DNA from: Candidatus Poribacteria bacterium
Lineage (GTDB): Bacteria; Poribacteria; WGA-4E; PCPOR2b
DNA: 64,000 bases
Assembly: GCA_965208675.1 (NCBI GenBank)
Contig: OZ242351.1
Coordinates: 704,001-768,000, forward strand
Direction: 5' to 3'
Within the stretch, counting starts at the first letter, position 1. The number at the start of each line of letters is the position of its first letter. Positions 22,213 to 32,488 of the stretch are shown in pieces. The notes under the pieces were generated by a model, which was not told the DNA's origin, ran no database searches, and saw only the letters and a program-made list of their open reading frames with translations. The translations under genes and the position numbers were made by a program.

Positions 22213-23016
22213 ATGGGAAAATTAACCTTGATGTGCACGATTGTCATGGCTGTCGCGCTGGTGCATTCGGGCATCAGCGACGCGGCGATAGATCCCTCAA
22301 CCGCCATGGGAATATGGCTGTTGGACGAGGGAAGCGGCGATACAGCCTTCGATTCGTCCGGCAACGACCATCACGGGACGATTAACGGCGCCCAATGGGC
22401 AGAAGGAAAGTTCGGCGGCGCATTGAGTTTTGACGGTCAGGACGATTTTGTCGATTGCGGCAATTCTGAACTATTGCGAATCAGCGCCGGTTCCATGGCT
22501 GCATGGATAAGCATTAACGTCAGCGACGACAGCGGTTTATCCGCGGTGACACTTCCTTATGATGACGGGGACGCGTGGGACGATCCTTGGCGGAGTTTGG
22601 GGCTGGGTTCTTGGCGAGGTTCGTTGCGCTACTGGCTGGCAATAGACGGTAATAACGCCGAAATGCAGCCGGGCGACATCAATACGAATCAATGGTATCA
22701 TCTGGTGGCGACGTTTGATGGCACAAGCCGGAAAGCATATCTTGACGGCGAACTCAAGTTTGAAGCTGAAACGCCGGGTACGATTATTTACGGCGATCCG
22801 AAGCCATCTTTTGTCATTGGGGACCGTAATGTAAACCGTGCCGCGTCCGGGGAGCGCATGAACGGCCTCGTCGACGATGTCGGCGTGTTTAATGTTGCGC
22901 TAAGCGACAGCGATGTTTCGGACATTATGAACAATGGCCTGCAAGGCGTTGTTGCGGTTGAACCGTCCGGCAAACTGGCTACGACTTGGGCGACCGTGAA
23001 AAACCGGCGTGAGTAG
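22213..23016 (+). CDS. Secreted LamG-like jellyroll domain protein
   Basis: Signal peptide, WLLDEGSG, GKFGGALSFDG, WYHLVATFDG, C-terminal AVEPSGKLATTWATVK. Confidence 0.88.
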   Translation: MGKLTLMCTIVMAVALVHSGISDAAIDPSTAMGIWLLDEGSGDTAFDSSGNDHHGTINGAQWAEGKFGGALSFDGQDDFVDCGNSELLRISAGSMAAWISINVSDDSGLSAVTLPYDDGDAWDDPWRSLGLGSWRGSLRYWLAIDGNNAEMQPGDINTNQWYHLVATFDGTSRKAYLDGELKFEAETPGTIIYGDPKPSFVIGDRNVNRAASGERMNGLVDDVGVFNVALSDSDVSDIMNNGLQGVVAVEPSGKLATTWATVKNRRE

Positions 23017-23022
23017 CGTCTG

Positions 23023-23055
23023 AACCTTCGGAAGGCGTCGCGCCTTCCGAAGGTT
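23023..23055. other. Perfect 15-bp-stem hairpin between the LamG genes
   Basis: AACCTTCGGAAGGCG-TCG-CGCCTTCCGAAGGTT, without a U-tract. Confidence 0.7.
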
Positions 23056-23086
23056 GTTCAAATACTGGTATGGGAGGTGAGGACCA

Positions 23087-23881
23087 ATGGGGCGGTTTAT
23101 TCAAACATGCGTAATATGTGCGTTAGCCGTACTGATGTGTAGCGGTGCGGGCGACACAAAAATTGACCCGGAAACGGCTGTTGGTGTATGGTTGTTAGAT
23201 GAGGGCAGCGGAAATACCGTTTCGGATATCACGGGCAACGGGAATGACGGGGAATTCGTTGGCGAACCCAAATGGATTGACGGGGTGTTCGGCAAGGCGC
23301 TGCATTTTGACGGCAAAGACGACATGGTTCCGGTCGGTCAAAACGAAGTTTTACGCGTGAGTGAGGGAACGATGATGAATTGGATAAATACGCAGACCGC
23401 CAACGACATCGGTTTGTCTTCGATGACCATTCCTTATGACGATGGGCCGGCGTGGGATGCGCCGTGGCGGAGTTTGGGGCTGGGCACATGGCAGGGTCAA
23501 CTCCGATACTGGATTGCGATTAACGACCAGAATCAGGAAATACAACCGGGCAACATTGAGGTAGATCGCTGGTATCACGAAACGATTACCTTTGACGGCG
23601 AGACACGGAAAGCGTACCTTGACGGTGAACTTGTACAAGCGGTCGATGGGCCGGGCGAAATTACGTATGGGAAACCTACACCAACTGCTGTAATTGGCAG
23701 CGCAAGTATCGCGGTTCCCAGAGAACTGTTTAATGGATACGTAGATGAAATCGCGATTTTTAACGTCGCACTTAGCGAAGAGGACATTAACGACATTATC
23801 GACAACGGACTTAACGACATCTTAGCGGTCAATCCCAAAGGGAAGGTGACCACGACTTGGGCAGATATCAAAAGCGAATGA
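23087..23881 (+). CDS. Secreted LamG-like jellyroll domain protein (paralog of the previous gene)
   Basis: Same motifs; C-terminal AVNPKGKVTTTWADIK. Confidence 0.88.
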   Translation: MGRFIQTCVICALAVLMCSGAGDTKIDPETAVGVWLLDEGSGNTVSDITGNGNDGEFVGEPKWIDGVFGKALHFDGKDDMVPVGQNEVLRVSEGTMMNWINTQTANDIGLSSMTIPYDDGPAWDAPWRSLGLGTWQGQLRYWIAINDQNQEIQPGNIEVDRWYHETITFDGETRKAYLDGELVQAVDGPGEITYGKPTPTAVIGSASIAVPRELFNGYVDEIAIFNVALSEEDINDIIDNGLNDILAVNPKGKVTTTWADIKSE

Positions 23882-24061
23882 AGTAACGCAAACCTAGGGA
23901 TTGCATCTGCGCACATGGCAGCTCGAAATCCCCCGGTAGAATTGCTTTGGCATAGCGTGGACTGCTACTGCACGACATGCACACGCGCTCTTTGTAGTTG
24001 AACAGAAACCGAGTTTTGGCGAAAAACTCGGTTTCACAGCGCGTTAGGTGAGAAAGTTATG

Positions 24062-24103
24062 AAAGCCAGAGAGTGTGTGCATCCTTTCTGGCTTTTTGGT
24101 TTT
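24062..24103 (+). terminator. Intrinsic terminator
   Basis: AAAGCCAGA...TCTGGCTTT stem followed by T-rich tail. Confidence 0.55.
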
Positions 24104-24253
24104 ATAGTCACTGCAACTAAAAATTACACATTACCTTCAATCCAATCAAAAAGAGGTGTCAACCCCCAAAACTATCGCCTTCGCTATCCACTCAGTTGAT
24201 CCCTTATCAGGGGGGTATCTGAATGTGTGTAAATATGAATGTAAATGGCTATA
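24103..24253. mobile_element. MITE-like element, copy 1
   Basis: TATAG...TTACACA and TGTGTAA...CTATA imperfect terminal inverted repeats; homolog at 48673-48791. Confidence 0.65.
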
Positions 24254-24627
24254 TGGCTGAAATATCGTATCTCGTTTAACAGCTTCTATAAAGGGAAATG
24301 AGACCTCTAATCCAGGCTGAAACGACGACTGGCGCAATTGCAGCGGGTAAATCGAGCGCGTTAAACTCCCTGACTGCTGGTTGATCGCCCTTAGCCAAAA
24401 TCCGTTGCACTTGTTTATGGGAATCATAGGAGCGCGCCGCGGAATGGAAGTTACGGGCATCGTTGCGTACGGGGCACACCGGGCGGCAATTGGATATAGT
24501 CTGGATAAGCCGATGTTACGATTCATGTTGGAGATTGGCTAACTGTTGATGTCCATTCCGGGCTATGTTATAATCCCAACCGTGTGGATTACGGGAAAAA
24601 AATGAATTTTTCGGAAGGGAAACCTTG

Positions 24628-25419
24628 ATGGCGGATCGATTAAAAAATAAGGTGGCGTTGATTACCGGCGGCGGGACGGGTATCGGCAAGGCGATTGCCA
24701 TTATTTTCGCACGGGAAGGCGCAAAAGTGGCTGTTTCGGGTAGGACAGCCAGCACTTTAACTGAAACCGTTGCACACATCATTGATGAAGGAAATGATGC
24801 GATTTACATCCAAGGTGATGTATCTATCGCAGCAGACGCCGACCGGATGGTTGAGGATACTGTCGCAAAATTCGGCAAACTTGACGTGTTGGTCAACAAT
24901 GCGGGGGTTCGGGCAAGTATTTTGACGGTATTGGAATTGACTGAAGATGAATGGCAGCGAACGTTTGATATTGATGCAAAAGGGACGTGGCTCTGCTCGA
25001 AAGCGGCAATTCCTGAAATGCAAAAGGCGGGCGGCGGTTCCATTATCATGATTTCATCCAATTGCGCGTATATCGGACTCCGCAAACAGGGGGCGTATAA
25101 TGCCGCCAAGGCAGCTCAAGAGTTCCTGATGAAATGCATGGCGCTTGACTTCGCACCCGACAAGATTCGCGTCAATTCGATTTGTCCGGCGTGGGTTAGA
25201 ACGGAAATGAACCGCGAACAGTTAGCCGAGATGGAAGCCAATCCAGATCAGGAATTTCCGCCCGGCTTTAAGTATACCGATGTTGTGGACCTGCATCCCA
25301 TCGGGCGAATCGGCGAACCGGAGGATGTGGCATGGGCGGCCGTCTATTTTGCGTCCGATGAATCTACTTGGGCTACCGGCTCTTCGCTCGCACTCGACGG
25401 CGGATACACGTGCCAGTAA
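24628..25419 (+). CDS. SDR family oxidoreductase
   Basis: TGGGTGIG, NNAG, YNAAK, IRVNSICP. Confidence 0.95.
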   Translation: MADRLKNKVALITGGGTGIGKAIAIIFAREGAKVAVSGRTASTLTETVAHIIDEGNDAIYIQGDVSIAADADRMVEDTVAKFGKLDVLVNNAGVRASILTVLELTEDEWQRTFDIDAKGTWLCSKAAIPEMQKAGGGSIIMISSNCAYIGLRKQGAYNAAKAAQEFLMKCMALDFAPDKIRVNSICPAWVRTEMNREQLAEMEANPDQEFPPGFKYTDVVDLHPIGRIGEPEDVAWAAVYFASDESTWATGSSLALDGGYTCQ

Positions 25420-25484
25420 CCAGTAATGTACGTGCTCGAATTGAGGTAGACCGCTAAATTAAACAGAGCTGGCAAACAAGGATT

Positions 25485-27809
25485 ATGGAGCAACATTCAG
25501 TGAAATTTAAAGAAGATGTGTTACAGCGTAACGATTTAGTTTACAAGGTGCTTCCGCCTCGCTGGGTATTTGGATTGCCTATCGGCAACGGTCAGATCGG
25601 CGGCATGATTTGGGTGGAGGACGAAACGAAAATTGTCGTCACACTTGACAGCGTTTGGGCATGGGATTACCGGCAAACGCCGATACAAAATCCTGAGACG
25701 AATAACTACGCGCGATTTCGAGAACTCATGGCTGCGGGCGACGAGGAGGAAGCCCAGCAGGTTTTGAGGCCCGGCGGCATACAACCCACCAAGACCTACG
25801 TGGGCCGCCTCGTGGTTGATGTGGGGCGAAAAATTACGGGCGAGGCGCGTTTACGCTTAGCCGATGCTGAGGTTGGACTTGAAGCACTGGCGGACAATGG
25901 AGAGACGATTCACCTAAAGTTCGCCGCCTATGCGAATTTACCCGCCATCGCGGTACAGCACAGACCTAAATCGGCGATAAAGGAGATTCGGCTTGAGCGG
26001 CTTCCGCCAGACGGCGTCGGGCTCCATGATGTACCGGACCTTGTAACCGGTGCATCGAATGCCGTTGAATGGATACGCCAAGACATTCCAAGTAGTCCGT
26101 CGATTGTGATAGCGTTGCTTTCGGGCGAGACACAATCCTTTGCAACCGTCCAAGTCGCGCGGAATGGCTTAGATCCCGTAGAAGAGGCGTTAAAAGTACT
26201 TGAGTCGGCGGCGGCTAATGCGAACACACACTGCGAAGTACACCGTTCCTGGTGGGCGCGGTTCTGGGAGAAATCTGCGGTTCAGATGCCGGACGAAAAA
26301 ATTGAGTCGGTCTGGTATATGGGATTGTATATGCTGGCTTCAGCGAGCCGCGAGGGCGGTTGCGCGGCGAGCCTGCACGGTCTCTGGTCGCCTGACAGTT
26401 GCATCCCTCCGGCGCTCGGTTTTTATATTTGGGACTTTTATTCGCAGCATTGGGGGCTTTATACAGCGAATCAGTTAGAAATCGGGGAGGTTTTTTGCGA
26501 TCATTTCTTGTCAATTCTTCCGCGCCTAAAAGAAGAGACGCAGCGCTTTTATGGATGGGACGGGGTGTTCGTCCCCGGATTCATGATAGTCGATGGATCA
26601 TGGATTTATCTCGGCCACACCCAATTATTGATTTGGCCCGGAACCAGTGCATGGGTGGCACAGGCGTTCTGGTGGCAATATCTGTACAGTAACGATGTCG
26701 ATTTTCTGCAACAGAAAGCCTATCCGTTTATGCGCGAATGTATGTTGTTCTATGAAGGATTGCTCGAAAAAGAGAACGACGGCAAATACCATTTGAACGT
26801 GAGCTACGCGCCTGAATTCAAGAGCTGGATCCGCGACGACACACTTAGCTTAGCCGTGATTCGATATCTCGTTGATGGGCTTTTGCGAGCAGTTGAGATA
26901 CTTCAGAACGATGAGCCTCATCTCGCCGTCTGGCAAGACATAGCAGAGAATCTCCAAACCTACCACGTAAACGATTCGGGACTGATGTTCGGAGAAGAGT
27001 TGCCGTACACAGAATCTCACCGCCACATGTCTCATCTCGGACCGGTCTACCCGTGCGATAGCCTGAACATTGACGGTTCTTCGGAGGATCGCCAACTCAT
27101 CGATCGGACGATAAATCACGTCATCCTTAATGGTTACGGAACATTCGTCGGGTGGGCGTTCGTTTGGCTGTCAGCGATTGCTGCGAGAGCCGGGCGCGGA
27201 CAGATGGCGTGGTGGACGCTCAAACAGTTTGCAGACGCTTTCGTCCCCTGTAACACGTACAATCTCAACCTGGATTGGGAACGGAACGGCATCTCAATTC
27301 AGCCAGACACCTTGTGTGTCGATGGAAATATGGGGGCAGTAGATTCGGTCAACCAGATGCTCTTGCAGAGTTGGGGCGGCCGTATTCGCGTGTTCCCCGC
27401 CTGTCCCAGCCATTGGCGCGACGTCAGATTTGACAACCTTCGCTGCGAGGGCGGCATATTAGTATCTGCGGTGCGTTCAAAGGGACAGACACTAGGCGTT
27501 CGGCTGGAATCTGCGTCAGAAACACGAGTTCGCCTGAGAAACCCATTTAGTGATGCCGGCGGTTATCTCAACGGAGCCTTGATTCAACCCGATGCGGACG
27601 GAGATCTAGTCGTCAATCTGAGCGCCAATCAAGCGGTATGGTTGACCATCACATCCGAAATGACAGGTACTGACTTGGATGACTTTACCGTCGAACGGCC
27701 GGAAGCGATGCGGAACCCGTATGGGCTGAAATACCTTGAAGATGGGTGGTTGGCTGATAATCCGGACATTCCAAACGTACACCCCCACTTTCACAACACT
27801 TTCATCTGA
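25485..27809 (+). CDS. GH95-like glycoside hydrolase
   Basis: LPIGNG, HRHMSHL, DGNMG, MLLQS, RVFPACP; no signal peptide. Confidence 0.8.
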   Translation: MEQHSVKFKEDVLQRNDLVYKVLPPRWVFGLPIGNGQIGGMIWVEDETKIVVTLDSVWAWDYRQTPIQNPETNNYARFRELMAAGDEEEAQQVLRPGGIQPTKTYVGRLVVDVGRKITGEARLRLADAEVGLEALADNGETIHLKFAAYANLPAIAVQHRPKSAIKEIRLERLPPDGVGLHDVPDLVTGASNAVEWIRQDIPSSPSIVIALLSGETQSFATVQVARNGLDPVEEALKVLESAAANANTHCEVHRSWWARFWEKSAVQMPDEKIESVWYMGLYMLASASREGGCAASLHGLWSPDSCIPPALGFYIWDFYSQHWGLYTANQLEIGEVFCDHFLSILPRLKEETQRFYGWDGVFVPGFMIVDGSWIYLGHTQLLIWPGTSAWVAQAFWWQYLYSNDVDFLQQKAYPFMRECMLFYEGLLEKENDGKYHLNVSYAPEFKSWIRDDTLSLAVIRYLVDGLLRAVEILQNDEPHLAVWQDIAENLQTYHVNDSGLMFGEELPYTESHRHMSHLGPVYPCDSLNIDGSSEDRQLIDRTINHVILNGYGTFVGWAFVWLSAIAARAGRGQMAWWTLKQFADAFVPCNTYNLNLDWERNGISIQPDTLCVDGNMGAVDSVNQMLLQSWGGRIRVFPACPSHWRDVRFDNLRCEGGILVSAVRSKGQTLGVRLESASETRVRLRNPFSDAGGYLNGALIQPDADGDLVVNLSANQAVWLTITSEMTGTDLDDFTVERPEAMRNPYGLKYLEDGWLADNPDIPNVHPHFHNTFI

Positions 27810-27873
27810 TTGGGTGTCAGCCTTGTGCGGGTAGCGTCTCAAAAATACTTATCTGAGGAGATGCCTTAGCCTA

Positions 27874-30312
27874 ATGCCCTCCACCCGGGAGATACTTGAT
27901 AGAAACGATTTGGTTTACAACGTGCTGCCGCCTCGTTGGGTTTTTGGATTACCGATTGGAAACGGAAAGATTGGCGGGATGGTATGGGTAGAGGATGGAA
28001 CGAAAGTCGTGATTACGCTCGATCATGTTTGGGCATGGGACCTGCGCGAGCATCCCCGGAATGACCCTGAAAAGTTTCGTTTCGACAATTTGGTTGAACG
28101 CAACGGGCACTTACTCCGAAAAGACCGCCTCGCAGACATTGAAGCCGGTCGCCTCCCTACTGAAGCCGGTTTCTTGACGGACATCCTTTGCTCGGTTGAC
28201 TGGAGCCTGTCACTGCCTTCAAAAACGCACGTGGGCCGCTTCGTCATTGAATTCGACCAGACAATTACGGGATCTGCCCGCCTTAGTCTCTGGGATGCGG
28301 AGGCGGTATTAGAACTCCGTACTGAAACCGGAGAACGAGTACGCCTTGAAATTCGTACCGATGCCAATGTGCCCGTAATTTGTGTATCGCACAACCGCAG
28401 TGATATCATAAGGGATTTTCGACTCGAAAGAGTCGCGTCCGACGATTTGATCCCGCATCAACCACCAGGCGAAGTTTCTCCGGCGTGGTATAGACTCCCG
28501 GATTGTGAATGCGGGAAAAGAGGGGAAATCAGATGGATGCGTCAGGACATCCCGCATAGCCCGTCGTTGGTGCTCGCGTTCCTATCGGGTGACGAGCAGA
28601 CATTTGTAACAGTGCAGGCTTCGCATGACTGCAACGATTCCGTGGAAGCGGCCGTAAGTGCGCTTAAACAAGCGGCGTCCACGCCTGAGCAGCATCTGGC
28701 AGAACACCACACGTGGTGGCAACGGTTTTGGGGGCGTTCTAGCGTCCAATTGACAGATGCGAAGATTGAGTCTTTATGGTACATGGGGCTTTATCTTTTA
28801 GCGTCGTCCAGCCGTGAAGGCGGCGCTTCGGTGAGTTTGCACGGGCTATGGCAACCAGATAGCCGCATGCCGCCTTCCTTGGGTCTCTACATCTGGGATT
28901 TTTATCCCCAATACTGGGGGATTTATGGCGCGAACCATCTGGAGTTGGGAACAGCCTACTACGAACACTTTCTCTCCATCTTGCCTCGCCTGAAAGAAGA
29001 AACTGTGAAATTTTACGGTTGGGATGGCGTTTTTGTGCCTGGCCAAATGGCGATTGACGGTTCGTGGCTACTCGCGCCGTGGCCGCATGTCCTTTTTTGG
29101 CCGGGAACGAGCGCTTGGATCGCGCAGGCGTTTTGGCAACACTATCTCTATAGCAGGGATGATGTGTTCCTCAAGCACAAGGCATATCCATTTATGCGGG
29201 AGTGCATGTTATTCTACGAGGGTTTTCTGAGTAAAGGCGAGGACGGCAAGTATCACATTTATCCCACTCAATCGCCAGAAACGGGTGGATGGGGAAGGGA
29301 CGATACCCTTTCACTTGCCTTGCTGCGCAATCTCATCAGCGGGCTGTTAGAAGCGGTCAATATAACTGGATTGAATGAACCGCATAGAGAGATTTGGACG
29401 GAGATACTGGATAATCTGCCCGACTACCATCAGGACGATTCCGGTTTGCATCTAAAAGAGGGCGCAGCGTATACCCGGTGTCATCGCCACCTGTCCCATC
29501 TTGCGCCAATCTATCCCGTTGGCGACATCAATATTGACGGGTCAAAGCAAGAGTTGCAACTCATTGAGCGATCGCTCAATACGGTAGTTTCCAAGGGATA
29601 TGGAATCTGGGTGGGTTGGTCATTCGCGTGGGCTTCAATTATCGCCGCGCGGGCTGGACGCAAGCAGATGGCGTGGTGGACACTCAAGCAACTCGCGGAT
29701 GCCTACGTCTCATGCAACACATTCAACCTGAATCTCGATTGGGAACGGAACGGCATCGCATCGGATACAGACGCCTACTGCCAGGACGGCAACATGGCGG
29801 CTGTGGCAGCCGTAAACGAGATGCTTTTGCAGAGTTGGGGAGGACGAATTCGTGTTTTTCCCGCATGTCCGCCGCATTGGCGAGATTGCCGTTTTGACGG
29901 ACTGCTTTGTGAAGGCGGCATAGAGGTGTCCGCCGTTCGTTCAAACGGACAAACATTGGCGGTATGTTTGGAGTCTGCATCAGACCAACAAGTTCGGCTC
30001 TTCGATCCATTTGAACAGCGGGGCGGTTATCACGATGGATATCGAATTCAACCCGATTCAGACGGCGATTTGGTAATAGACCTGAAGTCTGGTAAGGGAA
30101 TGTGGTTAACCGCAACGGCAGAAATTGAGCCTTCCGACTTCGACGCGTTCTCCGTCAACAAATCGGCAACGATGGTGAACCCCTACGGATTGAAATACCT
30201 CGACGATGCATGGTTCACCGAAAATCCGGATATCCCGGCAGTACACCCCTATTTCTGCGACTCTTTCGTGAAAGCATCCCCGGTACATTATGTTTCGATC
30301 GGCGTGTCATGA
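27874..30312 (+). CDS. GH95-like glycoside hydrolase (tandem paralog)
   Basis: LPIGNG, SPE, HRHLSHL, DGNMA, EMLLQS; collinear with the previous gene. Confidence 0.8.
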   Translation: MPSTREILDRNDLVYNVLPPRWVFGLPIGNGKIGGMVWVEDGTKVVITLDHVWAWDLREHPRNDPEKFRFDNLVERNGHLLRKDRLADIEAGRLPTEAGFLTDILCSVDWSLSLPSKTHVGRFVIEFDQTITGSARLSLWDAEAVLELRTETGERVRLEIRTDANVPVICVSHNRSDIIRDFRLERVASDDLIPHQPPGEVSPAWYRLPDCECGKRGEIRWMRQDIPHSPSLVLAFLSGDEQTFVTVQASHDCNDSVEAAVSALKQAASTPEQHLAEHHTWWQRFWGRSSVQLTDAKIESLWYMGLYLLASSSREGGASVSLHGLWQPDSRMPPSLGLYIWDFYPQYWGIYGANHLELGTAYYEHFLSILPRLKEETVKFYGWDGVFVPGQMAIDGSWLLAPWPHVLFWPGTSAWIAQAFWQHYLYSRDDVFLKHKAYPFMRECMLFYEGFLSKGEDGKYHIYPTQSPETGGWGRDDTLSLALLRNLISGLLEAVNITGLNEPHREIWTEILDNLPDYHQDDSGLHLKEGAAYTRCHRHLSHLAPIYPVGDINIDGSKQELQLIERSLNTVVSKGYGIWVGWSFAWASIIAARAGRKQMAWWTLKQLADAYVSCNTFNLNLDWERNGIASDTDAYCQDGNMAAVAAVNEMLLQSWGGRIRVFPACPPHWRDCRFDGLLCEGGIEVSAVRSNGQTLAVCLESASDQQVRLFDPFEQRGGYHDGYRIQPDSDGDLVIDLKSGKGMWLTATAEIEPSDFDAFSVNKSATMVNPYGLKYLDDAWFTENPDIPAVHPYFCDSFVKASPVHYVSIGVS

Positions 30313-30438
30313 GGTTAAATGCATCTCGTGGACGGCGCATTAAATTCCTGTAATGCTACAACTACGAACTCAAACCGATTTTTACCGATTAACACCGTTT
30401 TACGTTTGAGCGGTTTAATACGCTACGGCAAATACATC

Positions 30439-32400
30439 ATGGATGAAAAATTTCCCCAGAGAGCGGTGCACCTCGATTTCCACACGATGCCGAGGGTTGA
30501 GGACGTTGGAATTGAATTTAACGCAGACGAATTTGCGCAGACGCTTAGCGACGCACATGTGGATTTCATCACCGTCTTCGCACGATGCAACCTAGGTTTT
30601 GCCTATTATCCAACAGAGGTTGGTATAGTTCATCCGGGAATCCAGACGGATGACATGCTTGGTCCTATGATTGAGGCGTGTCACCGCCAAAACATCCGGG
30701 TGGCAGCGTATATTAACGCCGGTCTCGACCATGAACATGCGCTGCGGCACAGGGAATGGTGTAAAATAAACAAAGCGGGACAGGTTTACAATGTTTCGGA
30801 GATGGGGCATTATTTCAGAAGCATGTGCTTGAATACGGGTTATGGAGAACACCTCCTGCGCATGGTGGACGAACTATTGACGAACTACCCGGTTGATGGG
30901 CTATTTCTGGACTGCTTCGATCTTTCACCCTGTTACGGCGTAGAATGCCTTTCCGATATGGACGCATCAGGTCTGGACAAATTCGACGACGATCAGGTCG
31001 GCGAATTTTGTGTGCGAATGACGGACGCTTTTCTCGAAAAGGTCAAAAACCGATCGCGTCAACTGGCGCCGGGCATTTATCTTTACTTCAACGGTATTCG
31101 CTACAGAAACCAGCCAACCCATTTTGAGTTGGAGGTTCTTCCGCCTGCGTGGGGCTACGACTATCTGCCTTTCGCCATCAGATACGCGCGTACTTTGGGC
31201 AAACCTTACTTTACGATGACCGGCAGATTTCATAAGAGTTGGGGGGACTTTGGCGGGATTAGGACGAAGCATTCTCTAAAGTTCGACTGTTATTATTCGA
31301 TTATCAATGGAGGTACCTGCTCCGTCGGTGACCACATGCATCCGCGCGGCAAGCTGGATCCAGAGGTGTATCGGCTGATTGGAAATACTTATGCAGAAAT
31401 TGAAGCATTGGAGCCGTGGACGGCGAGCGCGAGAGCTTTATCCGAAATTGTGGTTCTCGATCCGCGTCTGCGCCGGGTTCCGGGTGAATACCGAATTCGA
31501 CAGGGACACAGTCTCCAAGGTGCTGCTAGAATGCTGTCGGAATTGAATTGCCAGTTTGACATGAGCGACGGGGATATAGATCTTTCCGGTTACCAAGTGG
31601 TGATTCTACCGGATGATGTCCCATTGGACGAGAAACATGCGGCGTCGTTAACCCAGTACCTTGAGAATGGCGGTGCGATTATTAGCTCTGCCCATGCGGG
31701 ATTAAAGCCGGATAAGAGTGGATTTGCGTTAGATGCTTACAAGGTGAATTACGAAGGGCCAGAGCCGTATAATTTTAGCTTCTTTGAGGCACAGCCCGGC
31801 ATAAATTATGAACTGCCCGATATGCTGACAACGGTATACGAGCCGGGAATCGCCATGACTGCTGCGGAAGGTTCAGAAATCCTAGCCAAGCTGCACAAAC
31901 CGTATTTCAACCACGAAGAATGGGACTTGTACCACGAACATCTTTACATTCCGCCCAAAGCGGACACGGGCCGGCCGGCGCTGGTGAATTGCGGAAATTT
32001 ATTCCATTTCAGCTTCCCGATTTTTAAAAACTATATCAACCACGCCGTCGTTCCGCACAGAATACTCTTCCGAAATTGTCTGGCGCGCCTCCTTCCCAAA
32101 CCTATCGTAAAGGTTGAAAATCTTCCTTCCTTTGGCCAGGTTACTGTGACAGCGGCGGAAAACCGGCGGATGGTACACCTGCTCACGTATGTGCCGGAAC
32201 TGCGGGGCAAGGCGCAGATTATTGAAGAGCCGATTTTTGTGCGCGACATTAGCGTATCACTAAGAATTGATGAGATTTTTCCCAAATCGGTCTACCTTGC
32301 GCCTACCGGTGAAAAGCTCGACTTCACGGTGTCGGAAGGGTATGTGCACGTTTCAGTTCCTGAAGTCTGCGGCTACGAATTGCTCGTGTTTGAGGCGTAA
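30439..32400 (+). CDS. GH151/GHL6-like glycoside hydrolase with trimerisation domain
   Basis: RAVHLDFHT, DGLFLD, MTGRFHKSWGDFGG, VGDHMHPRG; start moved to ATG 30439. Confidence 0.8.
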   Translation: MDEKFPQRAVHLDFHTMPRVEDVGIEFNADEFAQTLSDAHVDFITVFARCNLGFAYYPTEVGIVHPGIQTDDMLGPMIEACHRQNIRVAAYINAGLDHEHALRHREWCKINKAGQVYNVSEMGHYFRSMCLNTGYGEHLLRMVDELLTNYPVDGLFLDCFDLSPCYGVECLSDMDASGLDKFDDDQVGEFCVRMTDAFLEKVKNRSRQLAPGIYLYFNGIRYRNQPTHFELEVLPPAWGYDYLPFAIRYARTLGKPYFTMTGRFHKSWGDFGGIRTKHSLKFDCYYSIINGGTCSVGDHMHPRGKLDPEVYRLIGNTYAEIEALEPWTASARALSEIVVLDPRLRRVPGEYRIRQGHSLQGAARMLSELNCQFDMSDGDIDLSGYQVVILPDDVPLDEKHAASLTQYLENGGAIISSAHAGLKPDKSGFALDAYKVNYEGPEPYNFSFFEAQPGINYELPDMLTTVYEPGIAMTAAEGSEILAKLHKPYFNHEEWDLYHEHLYIPPKADTGRPALVNCGNLFHFSFPIFKNYINHAVVPHRILFRNCLARLLPKPIVKVENLPSFGQVTVTAAENRRMVHLLTYVPELRGKAQIIEEPIFVRDISVSLRIDEIFPKSVYLAPTGEKLDFTVSEGYVHVSVPEVCGYELLVFEA

Positions 32401-32488
32401 GCGTGACGTTGTCCTACATCTTGACAAATTTCAGTCATTGACATAGTTTTAAAATTTGGTGCACCAATTTAGATATGGAGGAATTACT

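Noticed and set aside
24146-24526. 126-aa minus-strand ORF
   Set aside because: Runs into the MITE-like element and has no recognisable protein features
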